Source: Spirochaetaceae bacterium (GTDB taxonomy: Bacteria > Myxococcota_A > UBA9160 > UBA4427). From it: a stretch of DNA of 64,000 nt. The stretch is from positions 192,427 through 256,426 of the forward strand of contig JACKFD010000004.1 in NCBI GenBank assembly GCA_020632655.1, written 5' to 3'. Both the position numbers and the translations under genes were made by a program. Every line of letters starts with the position of its first letter. Positions within the stretch are counted from its first letter, which is position 1. This document shows positions 1-9,641 of this stretch, in pieces. The notes under the pieces are model-generated. The model was given only the letters and a program-made list of their open reading frames with translations. It had not been told where the DNA came from and did no database searches.

Positions 1-1
1 C

Positions 2-733
2 GGCGCCTTCGCCGGCATCCGTGCGCTCTTCGCGGGCCTGCCCGAGTCGCGGGTGCGCGGCTGGGACGGCGGACGCTTCTCGTTCAACGTGAAGGGCGGA
101 CGCTGCGAGACCTGCGAGGGCGACGGCTCGATCCGGGTCGAGATGCAGTTCCTGCCCGACGTCTTCGTGACCTGCGAGGTCTGCTCCGGCCGGCGCTACG
201 ACCGCGACACCCTGCGCGTGCGCTACCGCGGCCAGAGCATCGCGGACGTGCTCGAGATGACCGTCGAGGACGCGCTCGCGCTCTTCGAGAGCGTGCCGGC
301 CGTCGCGCGGCCGCTGCAGTCGCTGGTCGACGTGGGGCTCGGCTACGTGCACCTCGGTCAGTCGGCGACGACGCTCTCCGGCGGTGAGGCCCAGAGGATG
401 AAGCTCGCCCGGGAGCTCGCGCGGCGTGCCACGGGCCAGACGCTCTACCTGCTCGACGAGCCGACGACGGGGCTGCACTTCGTCGACGTCGAGCGGCTGC
501 TCGAGCTGCTCGATCGGCTCGTCGCCCTCGGCAACACGGTCGTCGTGATCGAGCATCATCTCGACGTGATCCGCTACGCAGACCACGTCGTCGACCTCGG
601 GCCGGAAGGCGGTGCCGCGGGCGGTGAGATCGTCGCCACTGGGCCGCCCGAGGCGATCGCCGCCGTCGCGCGCTCGCATACCGGCCGCGCCCTCGCCGAG
701 GCCTTCGCGGCGGAAGGGAGGGCCTTCACATGA
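2..733 (+). CDS. uvrA: Excinuclease ABC subunit A (UvrA), C-terminal part; 5' end lies outside the window
   Basis: Frame is open from the window edge. The translation contains [43 protein letters not shown] (C-terminal zinc finger). It also contains [15 protein letters not shown] and [12 protein letters not shown] (ABC signature and Walker B). Confidence 0.95.
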   Translation, partial: GAFAGIRALFAGLPESRVRGWDGGRFSFNVKGGRCETCEGDGSIRVEMQFLPDVFVTCEVCSGRRYDRDTLRVRYRGQSIADVLEMTVEDALALFESVPAVARPLQSLVDVGLGYVHLGQSATTLSGGEAQRMKLARELARRATGQTLYLLDEPTTGLHFVDVERLLELLDRLVALGNTVVVIEHHLDVIRYADHVVDLGPEGGAAGGEIVATGPPEAIAAVARSHTGRALAEAFAAEGRAFT

Positions 734-1947
734 TGCCTCCGCGCTGGAAGCTCCACGGCGCGCGCGACCCGAACGCGGGCCGCCGCCTGCCGGACTATCC
801 CGACCCGCGCAGCGCCTTCCTGCTCACCCTGCTCGCGATCTTCGCCACCCTCTTCACGAGCATCGCCTTCCTCGGCGTCGACCGACTCGTCGCGATGGGC
901 ATCGGCCAGGCGATCGGCATCGGCGCCGTCGCCACCATGGCCGCCAAGCGCGTGCCCGATCCCCAGCCCGAGCGGATCGGCCTGCGCGCCCTCGAGCTCG
1001 ACGCGATCCCGATGATCCTCTGCCTCGCACCGGCGGTGCTGCTGATGAGCGAGCTCGACAACTATGCCGCGGACTGGTCGCGGGGAGCGAGCGGAGCAGC
1101 GGTCGAGACCTCCGCCCTCGCGGTGGACGGACAGGATGGGGATGCCGACGGCCTGGGCTCGAGCCCCCTCGAGCGCGAGGCCGAGGCGTCGCTCGAGAAG
1201 CCGGACGATGTCTTCGACGATGCGTCGACGCCGGTCGACGAGCAGGTCTGGGTCGAGGGTCGGGGCTTCGTGCACGAGTCGGCGCTCGGAGAGGATGCGG
1301 GGCGCGGGCGTGCGAGGGGTGCGACGACTCCGGGATCGACCGGCTCCGATGCATCGGCCGTCGACGGGGATGCGGACGCGAACGGCGGCGAGGCGGCCGC
1401 GGGGACCCGCCTCTTCGACCCCGACGACCCGTGGAGCCTGCTGCAGCTGTTGATCGTGATGGTCGGCATCGCGCCGATCGTCGAGGAGTTCTTCTTCCGC
1501 GGCGTGATCCAGCAGGGTCTCATCGCGGTCTCGGGTCTGCATCGCGGGCTGCTGCTGACGGCGCTCCTCTCGACGCTCGCGCGACCGGTCTTCGTCTCGG
1601 ACCTCGCGCGCTTCCTCGTCGCCGTCGTCGGCTTCTTCGCCCTCGCCTGGCTGCTCGGCATCGTCCGCCTCGCCACGCGCTCCGTGCTCGGACCCATGCT
1701 GCTCGCGAGCAGCTGGGCGGCGATCGGACTCGCATCGCTCGCGCTCGAGGGCCGACTCGACCTGCCGGGCATGAACGTCGACGACTCGCACCTGCCGATC
1801 CTGGTCACGCTCGTGAGCGCTGCGCTCGTCGGCTGGGCGGGGCTCGCGTTCTACCGCGAGGCCCTGCGGCGCTTCGAGGCCGCGCGAGTGGCGCGCAACG
1901 ACGACGACGAGCCGCCTCCGCCGATCCCGCTGCACCCGCAGCGCTAG
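730..1947 (+). CDS. CPBP-family (CAAX-type) intramembrane protease with a long acidic loop
   Basis: Several hydrophobic segments plus the EEFFFRGV motif typical of CPBP/Abi proteases. The ATG overlaps the uvrA stop (ATGA at 730-733). Confidence 0.8.
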   Translation: MMPPRWKLHGARDPNAGRRLPDYPDPRSAFLLTLLAIFATLFTSIAFLGVDRLVAMGIGQAIGIGAVATMAAKRVPDPQPERIGLRALELDAIPMILCLAPAVLLMSELDNYAADWSRGASGAAVETSALAVDGQDGDADGLGSSPLEREAEASLEKPDDVFDDASTPVDEQVWVEGRGFVHESALGEDAGRGRARGATTPGSTGSDASAVDGDADANGGEAAAGTRLFDPDDPWSLLQLLIVMVGIAPIVEEFFFRGVIQQGLIAVSGLHRGLLLTALLSTLARPVFVSDLARFLVAVVGFFALAWLLGIVRLATRSVLGPMLLASSWAAIGLASLALEGRLDLPGMNVDDSHLPILVTLVSAALVGWAGLAFYREALRRFEAARVARNDDDEPPPPIPLHPQR

Positions 1948-3089
1948 AAGAGTACCCGCGAAGCGATCTCCGCCCCCTCGACGAGTGCGCGCAGCTTCGC
2001 CCAGGCGACGCTCGGCTCGACCCCTTCGAGCCCGACCATCGTCCCGAAGCCGCAGTCGACCCCCGCAATCACCCGCTCGCGCCCCACGACCTCCGCGTAA
2101 CGAACGATCCGGTCCGCCACGAGCTCCGGGTGCTCGACGAAGTTCGTCGTGGTGTCGAGGCAGCCCGTGACGATCAGCTTGTCTTTCGGCAGCGGGATCT
2201 CTCGCCAGGTCTTCCACTCGTGGCCGTGGCGCGGATTCGAGCCCTCGAGACAGAGCGCCGCCGGCCTTGCCCCGAGAATGATCGGTGCGATCTCGTGGAG
2301 CGGAACGTCGTGGTTGTGCGGCCCTTCGTAGTTGCCCCAGCAGACGTGCATGCGCATGCGCTCGGGATCGATCCGCGCGAGCGCCCCGTTCAGGATCTCG
2401 ACGTGCATCGCCGCCACGCGCTTGAACTCGCCCAGCGAGAGCGCCGAGAACTCCGCGTGCCGCCCCATCGCGAGATCCGGGCAGTCGACCTGCAGCAGGA
2501 AGCCCGCCTCGACGATCGCCTCGTACTCGTCCCGCATCACGTCGGCCATCGCCTGCAGGTAGTCCGCGTCGCTCGCGTAGTGCTCGTTCGGCAGCATGTT
2601 CGCGATCACCCCGGGCGACGCTGCCGTCAGGAAGACCTCCTCGACCTCGCGACTCCGCACGGCCTCGCGCATGCACTCGATCTCGAAGCGCACGGCCTCG
2701 AAGTCCTTCCAGCCGATCGGCCCCGTGCAGGTCGGCACGCGCAGCGCCGCCAGCCCGCGCGGCGCCTTCTGCCGCGCCCAGTCCGGGAAGTCCGCCGAGT
2801 CGAGGCGCGTGGGGTACTTCCGCCGGCGTTCGCCGTCGAAGCCCGAGAGCCGGTCGATCACGTAGGTCGCGTAGGAAGGCTTCGCCTGCTCGCCGTCGTT
2901 CACGACGTCGAGGCCCGTCTCGAGCTGTCGGGCCACACAGTCGGCGACGGCGCGGCGACTCTCCGCCTCGAAGCGCTCGGGCGCGATCGGCTCGCCGCGC
3001 TCGCGGGCCAGCAGCAGCTCGGCGAAGTCCGGCGGCCGCGGGAGGCTGCCGGTATGGGTCGTGAGGATTCGATCCGTGCTGCGCTTCAT
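1944..3089 (-). CDS. Cobalamin-independent methionine synthase (MetE C-terminal domain)-like methyltransferase family protein
   Basis: 381-aa ORF. The N-terminus ILTTHTGSLPRP and its overall length resemble stand-alone MetE-like / Meth_synt_2 domain proteins. Recognised by eye only. Confidence 0.7.
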   Translation of the reverse strand: MKRSTDRILTTHTGSLPRPPDFAELLLARERGEPIAPERFEAESRRAVADCVARQLETGLDVVNDGEQAKPSYATYVIDRLSGFDGERRRKYPTRLDSADFPDWARQKAPRGLAALRVPTCTGPIGWKDFEAVRFEIECMREAVRSREVEEVFLTAASPGVIANMLPNEHYASDADYLQAMADVMRDEYEAIVEAGFLLQVDCPDLAMGRHAEFSALSLGEFKRVAAMHVEILNGALARIDPERMRMHVCWGNYEGPHNHDVPLHEIAPIILGARPAALCLEGSNPRHGHEWKTWREIPLPKDKLIVTGCLDTTTNFVEHPELVADRIVRYAEVVGRERVIAGVDCGFGTMVGLEGVEPSVAWAKLRALVEGAEIASRVLF

Positions 3090-3135
3090 CTCTCGTGGGA
3101 TCTCGCTCGTCGGACCGGCTGCGTGACGGCGCGGC

Positions 3136-4074
3136 TCACGCGTCGGTGAATCCGGGGTAGAACTGCAGGCACCAGCGTCGATAGTCCGCGATCGGCCCGT
3201 CTCCGTCGCATAACACGGGTCGCTTCAGGTAGCGCTTGTGCTCCCAGATCGGGATGTCCTCCCCGACCTGCCTCTCGAGGTCGCGGCAGATGGCGCGGGC
3301 GATGCCCCGGTCCTCCGTACCCGCCGGCTGCAGGAAGACGACGGTCAGGTCGGTCGTCTCGGCGTCGATCGGCAGCATGCAGTTCAGGCTGATCGTCTCG
3401 CAGATGCCCGTGAAGTGCGTGTAGCCGAGGCCGAGGCCGAAGCTGTTCACCTCGATCACGTTCTTCGCGCGGCCCCGGGAGGTGTCGACCTCCGTGTACT
3501 GGATGGCGCGGCGATGGGCGCCGTCGTTCTTCGCCTCGGAGGGGGGGACGGCGGCGGAGCCGTGGACGGCGGGGAAATGTGCGGAGTCGGCGCCGTTCTC
3601 GCCCATCTCCTGGATCTGGCTCCGGATGCGCCAGGTCCGGCGGAAGGTCTCGACCCAGCCCGGCGAGCCGACCTGGGGAATCGTCGGGATGTCGAAGAAG
3701 GGCGCCCGTGCGTCGGGGTCGTACCAGGCCCACACGAAGCCGTTGCGTTCGCAGGTCGGGTAGCTCCGCGCGCGCGCCGCGGGCGGGATCCGCTTCGCGT
3801 AGGGCACCTCGAGGCAGCCGCCGTCAGACCCGAAGCGCCAGCCGTGGAAGGGACATCGCAGCGCCTCGCCCTCGACCTTCCCCCCGACGCCGAGATGCGC
3901 GCCGAGATGCGGACAGTAGGCGTCGAGCACGGCGGCTTCCCCGGACTCCGTCCGGAAGAGCACGAGCTCGCGGTCGAAGGCCTGCAGGCGGCGGGCGGCC
4001 CCGGCGTCGAGGTCGGCTCCTGCGACGACGGGGAACCAGCCGGAGGGGATCGGGTAGGGAAAGTCGATCGACAT
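3136..4074 (-). CDS. Rieske [2Fe-2S] domain oxygenase-type protein
   Basis: Rieske motif CPHLGAHLG...(17 aa)...CPFHGWRF. 312 aa, with a C-terminal catalytic-type domain. Confidence 0.85.
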   Translation of the reverse strand: MSIDFPYPIPSGWFPVVAGADLDAGAARRLQAFDRELVLFRTESGEAAVLDAYCPHLGAHLGVGGKVEGEALRCPFHGWRFGSDGGCLEVPYAKRIPPAARARSYPTCERNGFVWAWYDPDARAPFFDIPTIPQVGSPGWVETFRRTWRIRSQIQEMGENGADSAHFPAVHGSAAVPPSEAKNDGAHRRAIQYTEVDTSRGRAKNVIEVNSFGLGLGYTHFTGICETISLNCMLPIDAETTDLTVVFLQPAGTEDRGIARAICRDLERQVGEDIPIWEHKRYLKRPVLCDGDGPIADYRRWCLQFYPGFTDA

Positions 4075-4259
4075 GGCGGCTCCTCGCGCGGCCGGCCCGG
4101 GTGGGGCGGCAGGAGGCTTGGGCCACAGAATAGACGGATGTTCGATGAGTGAGCGAAGCCGATTTCAGCGACCCGTGCGTCGCGAGGGAAGTTGCCGCCT
4201 GCTCCTGGGCCGCGAAGCAGCTCGGCCCGGGCTACCGGTGCTGGCACGATCGACGAGTC

Positions 4260-4517
4260 TCAGCCCCTGCCCGGAACCCGGCGGGCGATCTCCTCGTCCT
4301 CGAGTCTGGCATCCGCGGCATTCGCGCAGCTCACGTCGAAGGACGGCAGCCCGAGCGCGACCGTCTTCTGGCGGAAGCGGCGGTGCGACTTGTCCGGACT
4401 CGCGAGGCTTTGTCGCAGTGCCAGATCGACGAGCTCGGAAAAGGTCAGCCCCTCGCGTTCCGCCCACCGCTGGAGGTCTACGAAGAGATCGTCGTCGAGT
4501 TGGAGGGTGATGCGCAT
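4260..4517 (-). CDS. VapB/ribbon-helix-helix-type antitoxin-like protein with no cognate toxin gene nearby
   Basis: Internal ATG at 4517 gives MRITLQLDDDLFVDLQRWAEREGLTFSELVDLALRQSL...LPSFD, the usual pattern of type II antitoxins of the VapB family. It starts 7 nt after the tmk stop. Confidence 0.6.
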   Translation of the reverse strand: MRITLQLDDDLFVDLQRWAEREGLTFSELVDLALRQSLASPDKSHRRFRQKTVALGLPSFDVSCANAADARLEDEEIARRVPGRG

Positions 4518-4524
4518 CCCGGCA

Positions 4525-5145
4525 TCATGGCATCGCCTCGTGAAGGCCGTCGAGCTGCCCCAGCACGACCGCCAGCACCTCCGCCGCGATCGCATCCTCG
4601 CTCCGCCGCCCGTCGATCCGCACGAGCCCCGGCAGATCGAGCCCCTCGAAGATCGCCTCGACCCGCTCGAGGAACTCGAGGTTCTCGAAGACCGGCTCGG
4701 CCACGCCCCCCCGCGCCGCCACCCGCGCGAGCCCCTCGCGCGCCGGGATCACGAAGAGCAGCACGCAGTCGGGCCTCTCGAATTCCGCCTCGCTGTCCGC
4801 CAGGATCTTCGCCGCGTCGAGACCGCGCGCGCCTTGATAGGCGACGGTCGAGAGGTAGGAGCGATCCGAGAGCACGAGCCGCCCCGCCTCGAGGGCCGGC
4901 CGCACGACGTCGCGCATGTGCTCGCGCCGATCCTCGAAGAACCACGCGAGCTCGGTCTCCGGCGCGACCGCCCGGCCGCTCTGCGCCATCTCCCGGATGC
5001 GCCGCCCCCACGCCCCGTCCGTCGGCTCCCGCGTCACGACCGGATCGAGTCCGCGCTCGCGCAGCGCCTCCGCCACGCGCCGCAGCTGCGTCGACTTCCC
5101 GCAGCCGTCGAGCCCCTCGAATACGATCAGTCGCCCGCGCTTCAC
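4525..5145 (-). CDS. tmk: Thymidylate kinase
   Basis: LIVFEGLDGCGKSTQ P-loop plus REPTDG. A GTG at 5145 gives a canonical N-terminus. The track ORF extends to 5211. Confidence 0.9.
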   Translation of the reverse strand: MKRGRLIVFEGLDGCGKSTQLRRVAEALRERGLDPVVTREPTDGAWGRRIREMAQSGRAVAPETELAWFFEDRREHMRDVVRPALEAGRLVLSDRSYLSTVAYQGARGLDAAKILADSEAEFERPDCVLLFVIPAREGLARVAARGGVAEPVFENLEFLERVEAIFEGLDLPGLVRIDGRRSEDAIAAEVLAVVLGQLDGLHEAMP

Positions 5146-5354
5146 ATGGCCCCCGAGCCCGCGCGTCCACACCCACGCGCCGCACGCGCGCACGGTACCG
5201 CTCTCGCACACGTGAGGCCGGTCTCACGCCTTCGCGAACGGCGATCGCACACGCCCTCGTCTTGGTACGAAGCTCGCAATGCCCCCTCGCGTCGCCTTCG
5301 GGCGAGCCGAGGTGCGCTCCTCTAACGGGACCGGGAGCGGGCCGCGGCCGAGAT

Positions 5355-5434
5355 CCGCCGGGCGGGAGCACAGGGTTCGGGTCGGGGCTTTACAAACAAC
5401 GGGGTGATCCCCGCCCCGAGCTCCCGCCCGGCGG
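5355..5434. repeat. Large perfect inverted repeat / compound hairpin in an intergenic region
   Basis: CCGCCGGGCGGGAGC (5355-5369) pairs perfectly with GCTCCCGCCCGGCGG (5420-5434). There is an inner 7-bp stem TCGGGGC/GCCCCGA and a mini-hairpin GGGGTGATCCCC. Confidence 0.8.
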
Positions 5435-5540
5435 ACCTCCACACGAGTCGAACGCGAGCGCACGGAGTAGCCACGTCGTCCCGAAGCCGACTGACCGAGC
5501 AAGCGAGATGAACCGAACCCATCACGTCGAAACGCCAAGC

Positions 5541-5587
5541 CCCAAAAGCAAGGGGAGCGCAGCGAACCCGAGTTCCCCGCACTCCCC
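5541..5587 (-). terminator. Probable intrinsic terminator downstream of atpE
   Basis: On the minus strand: GGGGAGTGCG...CGCTGCGCTCCCC stem followed by TTGCTTTTGGG. Confidence 0.5.
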
Positions 5588-5645
5588 TGACTTTCGAGCA
5601 CAACGCCCTCCCCAAAGCCCCTTCGAGCCTCTGAGGAGTGGATTC

Positions 5646-5718
5646 GGTCCCAGATCAAGGCGCGATTCGTAAGCCGTACTCCTCGTACGGCGTCGAATCG
5701 CAACGCCGAGCTGGGACC
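5646..5718 (-). other. Three-tier stem-loop starting 11 nt after the atpE stop
   Basis: Nested perfect inverted repeats: GGTCCCAG/CTGGGACC, GCGATTCG/CGAATCGC and CCGTAC/GTACGG. No U-tract follows. Confidence 0.7.
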
Positions 5719-5728
5719 GAAGACGCCC

Positions 5729-6040
5729 TCAGATCTTGCCTTGGAGGAGGAAGGCGATGACCAGGCCGTAGATCGCGATCGACTCGATCAGAACCATGCC
5801 GAGGATGAAGTTCGTGAACATGCCGCCCGCAGCGCCCGGGTTGCGCGCGATGCCGGCGGTCGTGTTGCCGGCGGTCAGGCCCTGGCCGATGCCGCAGCCG
5901 AGACCGGCGAGACCGACGGCGAGGCCCGCACCGAGACCGGGGCCGGTTCCGTCGACGGCGCCCGCGCCTTCGGCCATGGCGACGGCCGGGATCGCGAAGA
6001 AGACGACGGCCCAGACGAGGGTGTTCAGGATGCGACGCAT
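5729..6040 (-). CDS. atpE: F0F1 ATP synthase subunit c
   Basis: GLGCGIGQG...ARNPGAAGGMFTNFILGMVLIESIAIYGLVIAFLL is a typical c-ring hairpin protein. Confidence 0.95.
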   Translation of the reverse strand: MRRILNTLVWAVVFFAIPAVAMAEGAGAVDGTGPGLGAGLAVGLAGLGCGIGQGLTAGNTTAGIARNPGAAGGMFTNFILGMVLIESIAIYGLVIAFLLQGKI

Positions 6041-6276
6041 GATGTTCTTCCTTTTTGGTTCCGAGACCCTCGAGCCTGTCGACTCATTCCGTCCCCTCGG
6101 ACGATGCGGGTCGCTTTCGTTCCTGGCCGATGGCTGCCCATCGAGCCCGCGAGCGGGGCCTGTCCCCGTTCGCTCGAGTCATTCCGGATCCGCCGCTCGC
6201 GCTGCGGCCGACGTCGCCGGAAGGATGTCGTGGCGGAGCCTGCACTCCGCCGTTCCGGGGCCCTTGGCCCCGTGGA

Positions 6277-6996
6277 TCAGTGCGGCTCCTCGAGCGCCTG
6301 CCCGATGTAGATCATCGTCAGGAGCGCGAAGACGAAGGCCTGGAGGAAGCTCACGAGCAGCCCCAGACCCATGAAGATGGCCGGCACCGCGAGCGGCACC
6401 ATGCCGAGCCAGACCAGCACGACCGTGTGGTCCGCGAACATGTTGGCGAGCAGACGAATCCCGAGCGTGAGGATTCGCGCGAAGTGGAGCGGGATCTCGA
6501 GCACGAGGAAGACCGGCGCGAGCAGGCGCACGTGGTAGTGCTTGCCGCCGATCTCCATGTTCATGATCGACGGGCCCATGAACTGGTAGATGTACTTCCA
6601 GCCGTGCTGCTTGATGCCGACGTAGTTGTAGACGAGGAAGGAGATGATGGCCCAGGCGAAGGTGACGTTGACGTCGCCCGTCGAGCCGAGGATGCCGGGC
6701 ACGAGGCTCATCACGTTCGAGACCAGCACGAAGAAGAAGATCGAGCCGACGACGGGGAAGTAGGCGCGCCAGTTCTCGCCGATCGTCGTCTCGCCGAGAT
6801 CGCCCAGGGCCTCGATCACGACCTCGAAGACGTTGCGGATCGTGACGCCCTCGTCGGGGACGACGCCGCCGTGCTCGCCGGCGACGGCGCGGCGGACCGA
6901 GAGCCCGGCCACGAAGAGCAGCCCCGCGGCGAAGAGCGCGGAGAGGTAGATCCAGGGGATGTGGACCGCGTGGCCCAGGGTCTCGAAGAGGTTCAT
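6277..6996 (-). CDS. atpB: F0F1 ATP synthase subunit a
   Basis: Polytopic membrane protein with LGIRLLANMFADH (conserved Arg region). The internal ATG at 6996 overlaps the upstream gene stop (ATGA). Confidence 0.92.
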   Translation of the reverse strand: MNLFETLGHAVHIPWIYLSALFAAGLLFVAGLSVRRAVAGEHGGVVPDEGVTIRNVFEVVIEALGDLGETTIGENWRAYFPVVGSIFFFVLVSNVMSLVPGILGSTGDVNVTFAWAIISFLVYNYVGIKQHGWKYIYQFMGPSIMNMEIGGKHYHVRLLAPVFLVLEIPLHFARILTLGIRLLANMFADHTVVLVWLGMVPLAVPAIFMGLGLLVSFLQAFVFALLTMIYIGQALEEPH

Positions 6997-7625
6997 CGTG
7001 CTTCGTCCGATCCGTCTTCCGGCATCTCTTCCGGCAGGTTGGCGCGCGAGTGCCGCGCGTTCGCTTCCGTCCGCGCAGCCTCGAGCCGCGCCCAATGGGC
7101 CTTCTCTTCCGCGGCGACGCGCGTCGCCTCCTCGGCGATCAGGTCGTCACGCTGGGTCGTGAGCAGCCGGCCGGGGCGCCAGACGCTGTAGCTCTCCCAG
7201 TAGGCGGCGTCCTCCTCGGACTCGCCGGCGAGGGGGGCTCCATCCAAGAAGGTCGGCAGCGTCGCGGGGTCCACGACCGGCGGCCGGTTCAGCCAGGCGT
7301 CGATCAGCGTCGCCGGCATCACGATCGATAGCCCGATCAGCAGCGCCGCGGGATTCGCCCCGGCGTGCATGGTCAGGAAGATCGCCGTCGCGAGCACGAG
7401 GAAGCGCAGCGAGAACACGCCGATCCAGCCCCGCGCCCCGGCGATCTCGCCCGAGAAGAAGCGCTTCGCGCCGCGATGGATCGCGCCCAGGTTGATCGCC
7501 TCGAGCAGCGCACCGGCCGCGAGGCTCGTCGCGAAATGCGGCGTCTCGAGAGCGAGCGAAGCGGCCACTGCCCCTGCGGACAGTCCGAGATTCAGCCGTT
7601 CGACCCTGGCGAGCTCGAGCTTCAT
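6993..7625 (-). CDS. atpI: ATP synthase protein I (AtpI)-like membrane protein with a ~90-aa charged C-terminal extension
   Basis: Position immediately upstream of atpB, coupled by ATGA. The N-terminal ~115 aa are hydrophobic, as in AtpI. Confidence 0.6.
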   Translation of the reverse strand: MKLELARVERLNLGLSAGAVAASLALETPHFATSLAAGALLEAINLGAIHRGAKRFFSGEIAGARGWIGVFSLRFLVLATAIFLTMHAGANPAALLIGLSIVMPATLIDAWLNRPPVVDPATLPTFLDGAPLAGESEEDAAYWESYSVWRPGRLLTTQRDDLIAEEATRVAAEEKAHWARLEAARTEANARHSRANLPEEMPEDGSDEAR

Positions 7626-7688
7626 CGACCTCTTCGATCCCTTCCGATCCCTGCGAACCTTGCCGATCCCACGCGCCGCACCCGCGAT

Positions 7689-8132
7689 TCAGTCGCGGAG
7701 CACGTCGCTCAATCCCAACCCGACCCCGGCGCCACCGTCGTCGGCTCCGTCCCCGGAGTCGCTCGCGTGGTCGCCTCGGTCGTCTTTCTCCCGTCCCGAT
7801 CCCGCCGTCTTCGCCCGCGCCCGCTCGACCGCCCCGCCCCGTCGCGCCTCGGCCTCGGCGGCCTTCGCCGCCGCTTCGGCGTCCGCCGCGGCCTGGACCC
7901 GCCGACCGAGCCGCACCAGCCGAAGCACGAAGGCGCCGAATCCGATCGCCGCGCCCACGAGGACGCCCGTCGGAGTCGTGCCGTAATGCTCGTCGAACCA
8001 GTAGCCGAGCAGCGTCGCGATCAGGATCGCGCCGACCGCCTCGAATGCGCCCTCGTAGGCGCCCCCGGCCTGGCTGCGCGTCGCCATGCGCTTCAGGCGT
8101 CGGCTGCCGGGGAGCTCGGGGGGCTGACTCAC
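7689..8132 (-). CDS. atpZ: AtpZ/AtpI-family small membrane protein (F0F1 ATPase-associated)
   Basis: GAILIATLLGYWFDEHYGTTPTGVLVGAAIGFG matches the AtpZ pattern (GxWLDxxxGTxP). It sits at the head of the atpI-atpB-atpE cluster. Confidence 0.6.
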   Translation of the reverse strand: MSQPPELPGSRRLKRMATRSQAGGAYEGAFEAVGAILIATLLGYWFDEHYGTTPTGVLVGAAIGFGAFVLRLVRLGRRVQAAADAEAAAKAAEAEARRGGAVERARAKTAGSGREKDDRGDHASDSGDGADDGGAGVGLGLSDVLRD

Positions 8133-8341
8133 GATGACCCGCTCGCTGGGTGTGCGGCGAACCCGTCGATCCGTCTCTGGTCGCTAGTCGATGTCGGTCG
8201 TCGAAATCCGTCCTGCGTTTCGCGTCGGTCCGCTCCGGAGAGCCGCCGTGAGCGCCTCGACGGAGCGCCCGGAGAGGGGCCGTCGCCCGCCCGTCCGGGG
8301 CCGCAAAACGGCGCGCAACATAGCCTTTCGCCCGGAGCGCC

Positions 8342-9637
8342 TCAACGCATCCGAGCGACGCGGGCGAGCGCCCGGCGGGCCGCTTCGAGGGTCCGGTCGA
8401 TGTCCCGAGGCTTGTGCGCGAGGGACACGAAGCCGGCCTCGTAGGCCGAGGGCGCGAGGTAGACGCCCTCCTCGAGCATGGCGGCGAAGAAGCGGCGGAA
8501 GGCCGCTGCATCACTTTGCTGCGCCTGGGCGAAGTCGTCGACGGGGCCCGGATGGAAGAAGAAGCCGAACATGCCGCCGACGTGGCGCGTCGTGAGCGGG
8601 ACCCCGAGCTCGGCGGCGATCCCGGCGAGGCCCTCGGCGAGCGCCTTCGAGCGCGAAGCCAGGGTCTCGTAGACGCCGGGTGCCTCGAGCAGCTCGAGGG
8701 TCGTGAGGCCGGCGGCGACCGCGAGTGGATTGCCCGAGAGCGTGCCCGCCTGATAGACGTCGCCCTCGGGCGCGATCCGGGCCATGAGATCGCGGCGACC
8801 GCCGTAGGCCGCCGCGGGGAGTCCGCCCCCCACGACCTTGCCGAGGGTCGTGAGATCGGGCTTCACCTTGTACAGCCGCTGCGCCCCGCCATGGGCGACA
8901 CGGAATCCGGTCATGACCTCGTCGAAGACGAGCAGCGCGCCGAACTCGTCGCAGAGCTTGCGCAGGCCGGCGAGGAAGCCCGGGCGCGGGGGCACGCAGC
9001 CCATGTTGCCGGCGACGGGCTCGACGATGATCGCGGCGATGTCCTCGCCCCAGCGCTCGAAGGCGTCGCGGGTCGCGGCGAGGTCGTTGTAGGGGGCGAC
9101 GATCGTGAGGTCGGTCATCGCCTTCGGCACGCCCGGCGAGCCCGGGATGCCGAGGGTCGCGACGCCGCTGCCCGCGCCGACGAGCAGGCCGTCCGAGTGG
9201 CCGTGGTAGCAGCCGTCGAACTTGAGGATGCGCGAGCGCCCGGTCACGCCGCGCGCGAGGCGCAAGGCACTCATCGTCGCCTCGGTCCCCGAGCTCACCA
9301 TCCGCAGCTTCTGCACGGAGGGCAGCGCGCGACGGATCGCCTCCGCGAGATCCGTCTCGCGCACGGTCGGCGCCCCGAAGCTCGTCCCCGACTTCATCGC
9401 CTCGCGAACGGCCCGCAGCACCTTCGGATGCGCGTGCCCGAGGATCATCGGCCCCCAGGACCCGACGTAGTCGAGGTACTCATTGCCGTCGATGTCGCGG
9501 ATGCGCGCGCCCTTCGCGGACTCGATGAAGCGCGGCACGCCGCCGACCGAGCCGTAGGCCCGAACGGGCGAGTTCACGCCGCCCGGAATCGAGCGCCGCG
9601 CACGCGCCAGCTCGCGCTTCGAGCGGGACACGTCCAT
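8342..9637 (-). CDS. hemL: Glutamate-1-semialdehyde 2,1-aminomutase
   Basis: [18 protein letters not shown]...[16 protein letters not shown] is typical of HemL. The ATG at 9637 lies 4 nt after the gyrA stop. Confidence 0.95.
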   Translation of the reverse strand: MDVSRSKRELARARRSIPGGVNSPVRAYGSVGGVPRFIESAKGARIRDIDGNEYLDYVGSWGPMILGHAHPKVLRAVREAMKSGTSFGAPTVRETDLAEAIRRALPSVQKLRMVSSGTEATMSALRLARGVTGRSRILKFDGCYHGHSDGLLVGAGSGVATLGIPGSPGVPKAMTDLTIVAPYNDLAATRDAFERWGEDIAAIIVEPVAGNMGCVPPRPGFLAGLRKLCDEFGALLVFDEVMTGFRVAHGGAQRLYKVKPDLTTLGKVVGGGLPAAAYGGRRDLMARIAPEGDVYQAGTLSGNPLAVAAGLTTLELLEAPGVYETLASRSKALAEGLAGIAAELGVPLTTRHVGGMFGFFFHPGPVDDFAQAQQSDAAAFRRFFAAMLEEGVYLAPSAYEAGFVSLAHKPRDIDRTLEAARRALARVARMR

Positions 9638-9641
9638 CGTG

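Noticed and set aside
1944-1947. Convergent genes sharing stop codons within the palindrome CTAG.
   Set aside because: This is real but trivial. It is a by-product of compact gene packing and is mentioned only within another finding.
574-3149. Very long overlapping ORFs on both strands (574-2676 minus, 612-3149 plus). Similar cases include 9574-11703, 12185-13636, 29007-31985, 54938-57973 and 48575-49762.
   Set aside because: Their translations are Arg/Ala/Gly/Pro-rich noise typical of off-frame or antisense reading of high-GC coding DNA. Each overlaps a gene with clear family motifs.
4242-4247. TGGCAC as a sigma54 -24 element upstream region.
   Set aside because: There is no TTGC -12 element at the required spacing, and no enhancer-binding-protein context.
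5380-5480. Whether the atpE-tmk spacer encodes tmRNA or a tRNA-like RNA (GAGTCGAACGCGAG and CCTCCACA motifs).
   Set aside because: There is no acceptor/T-arm pairing, no tag reading frame and no terminal CCA context. The resemblance is limited to a few bases.
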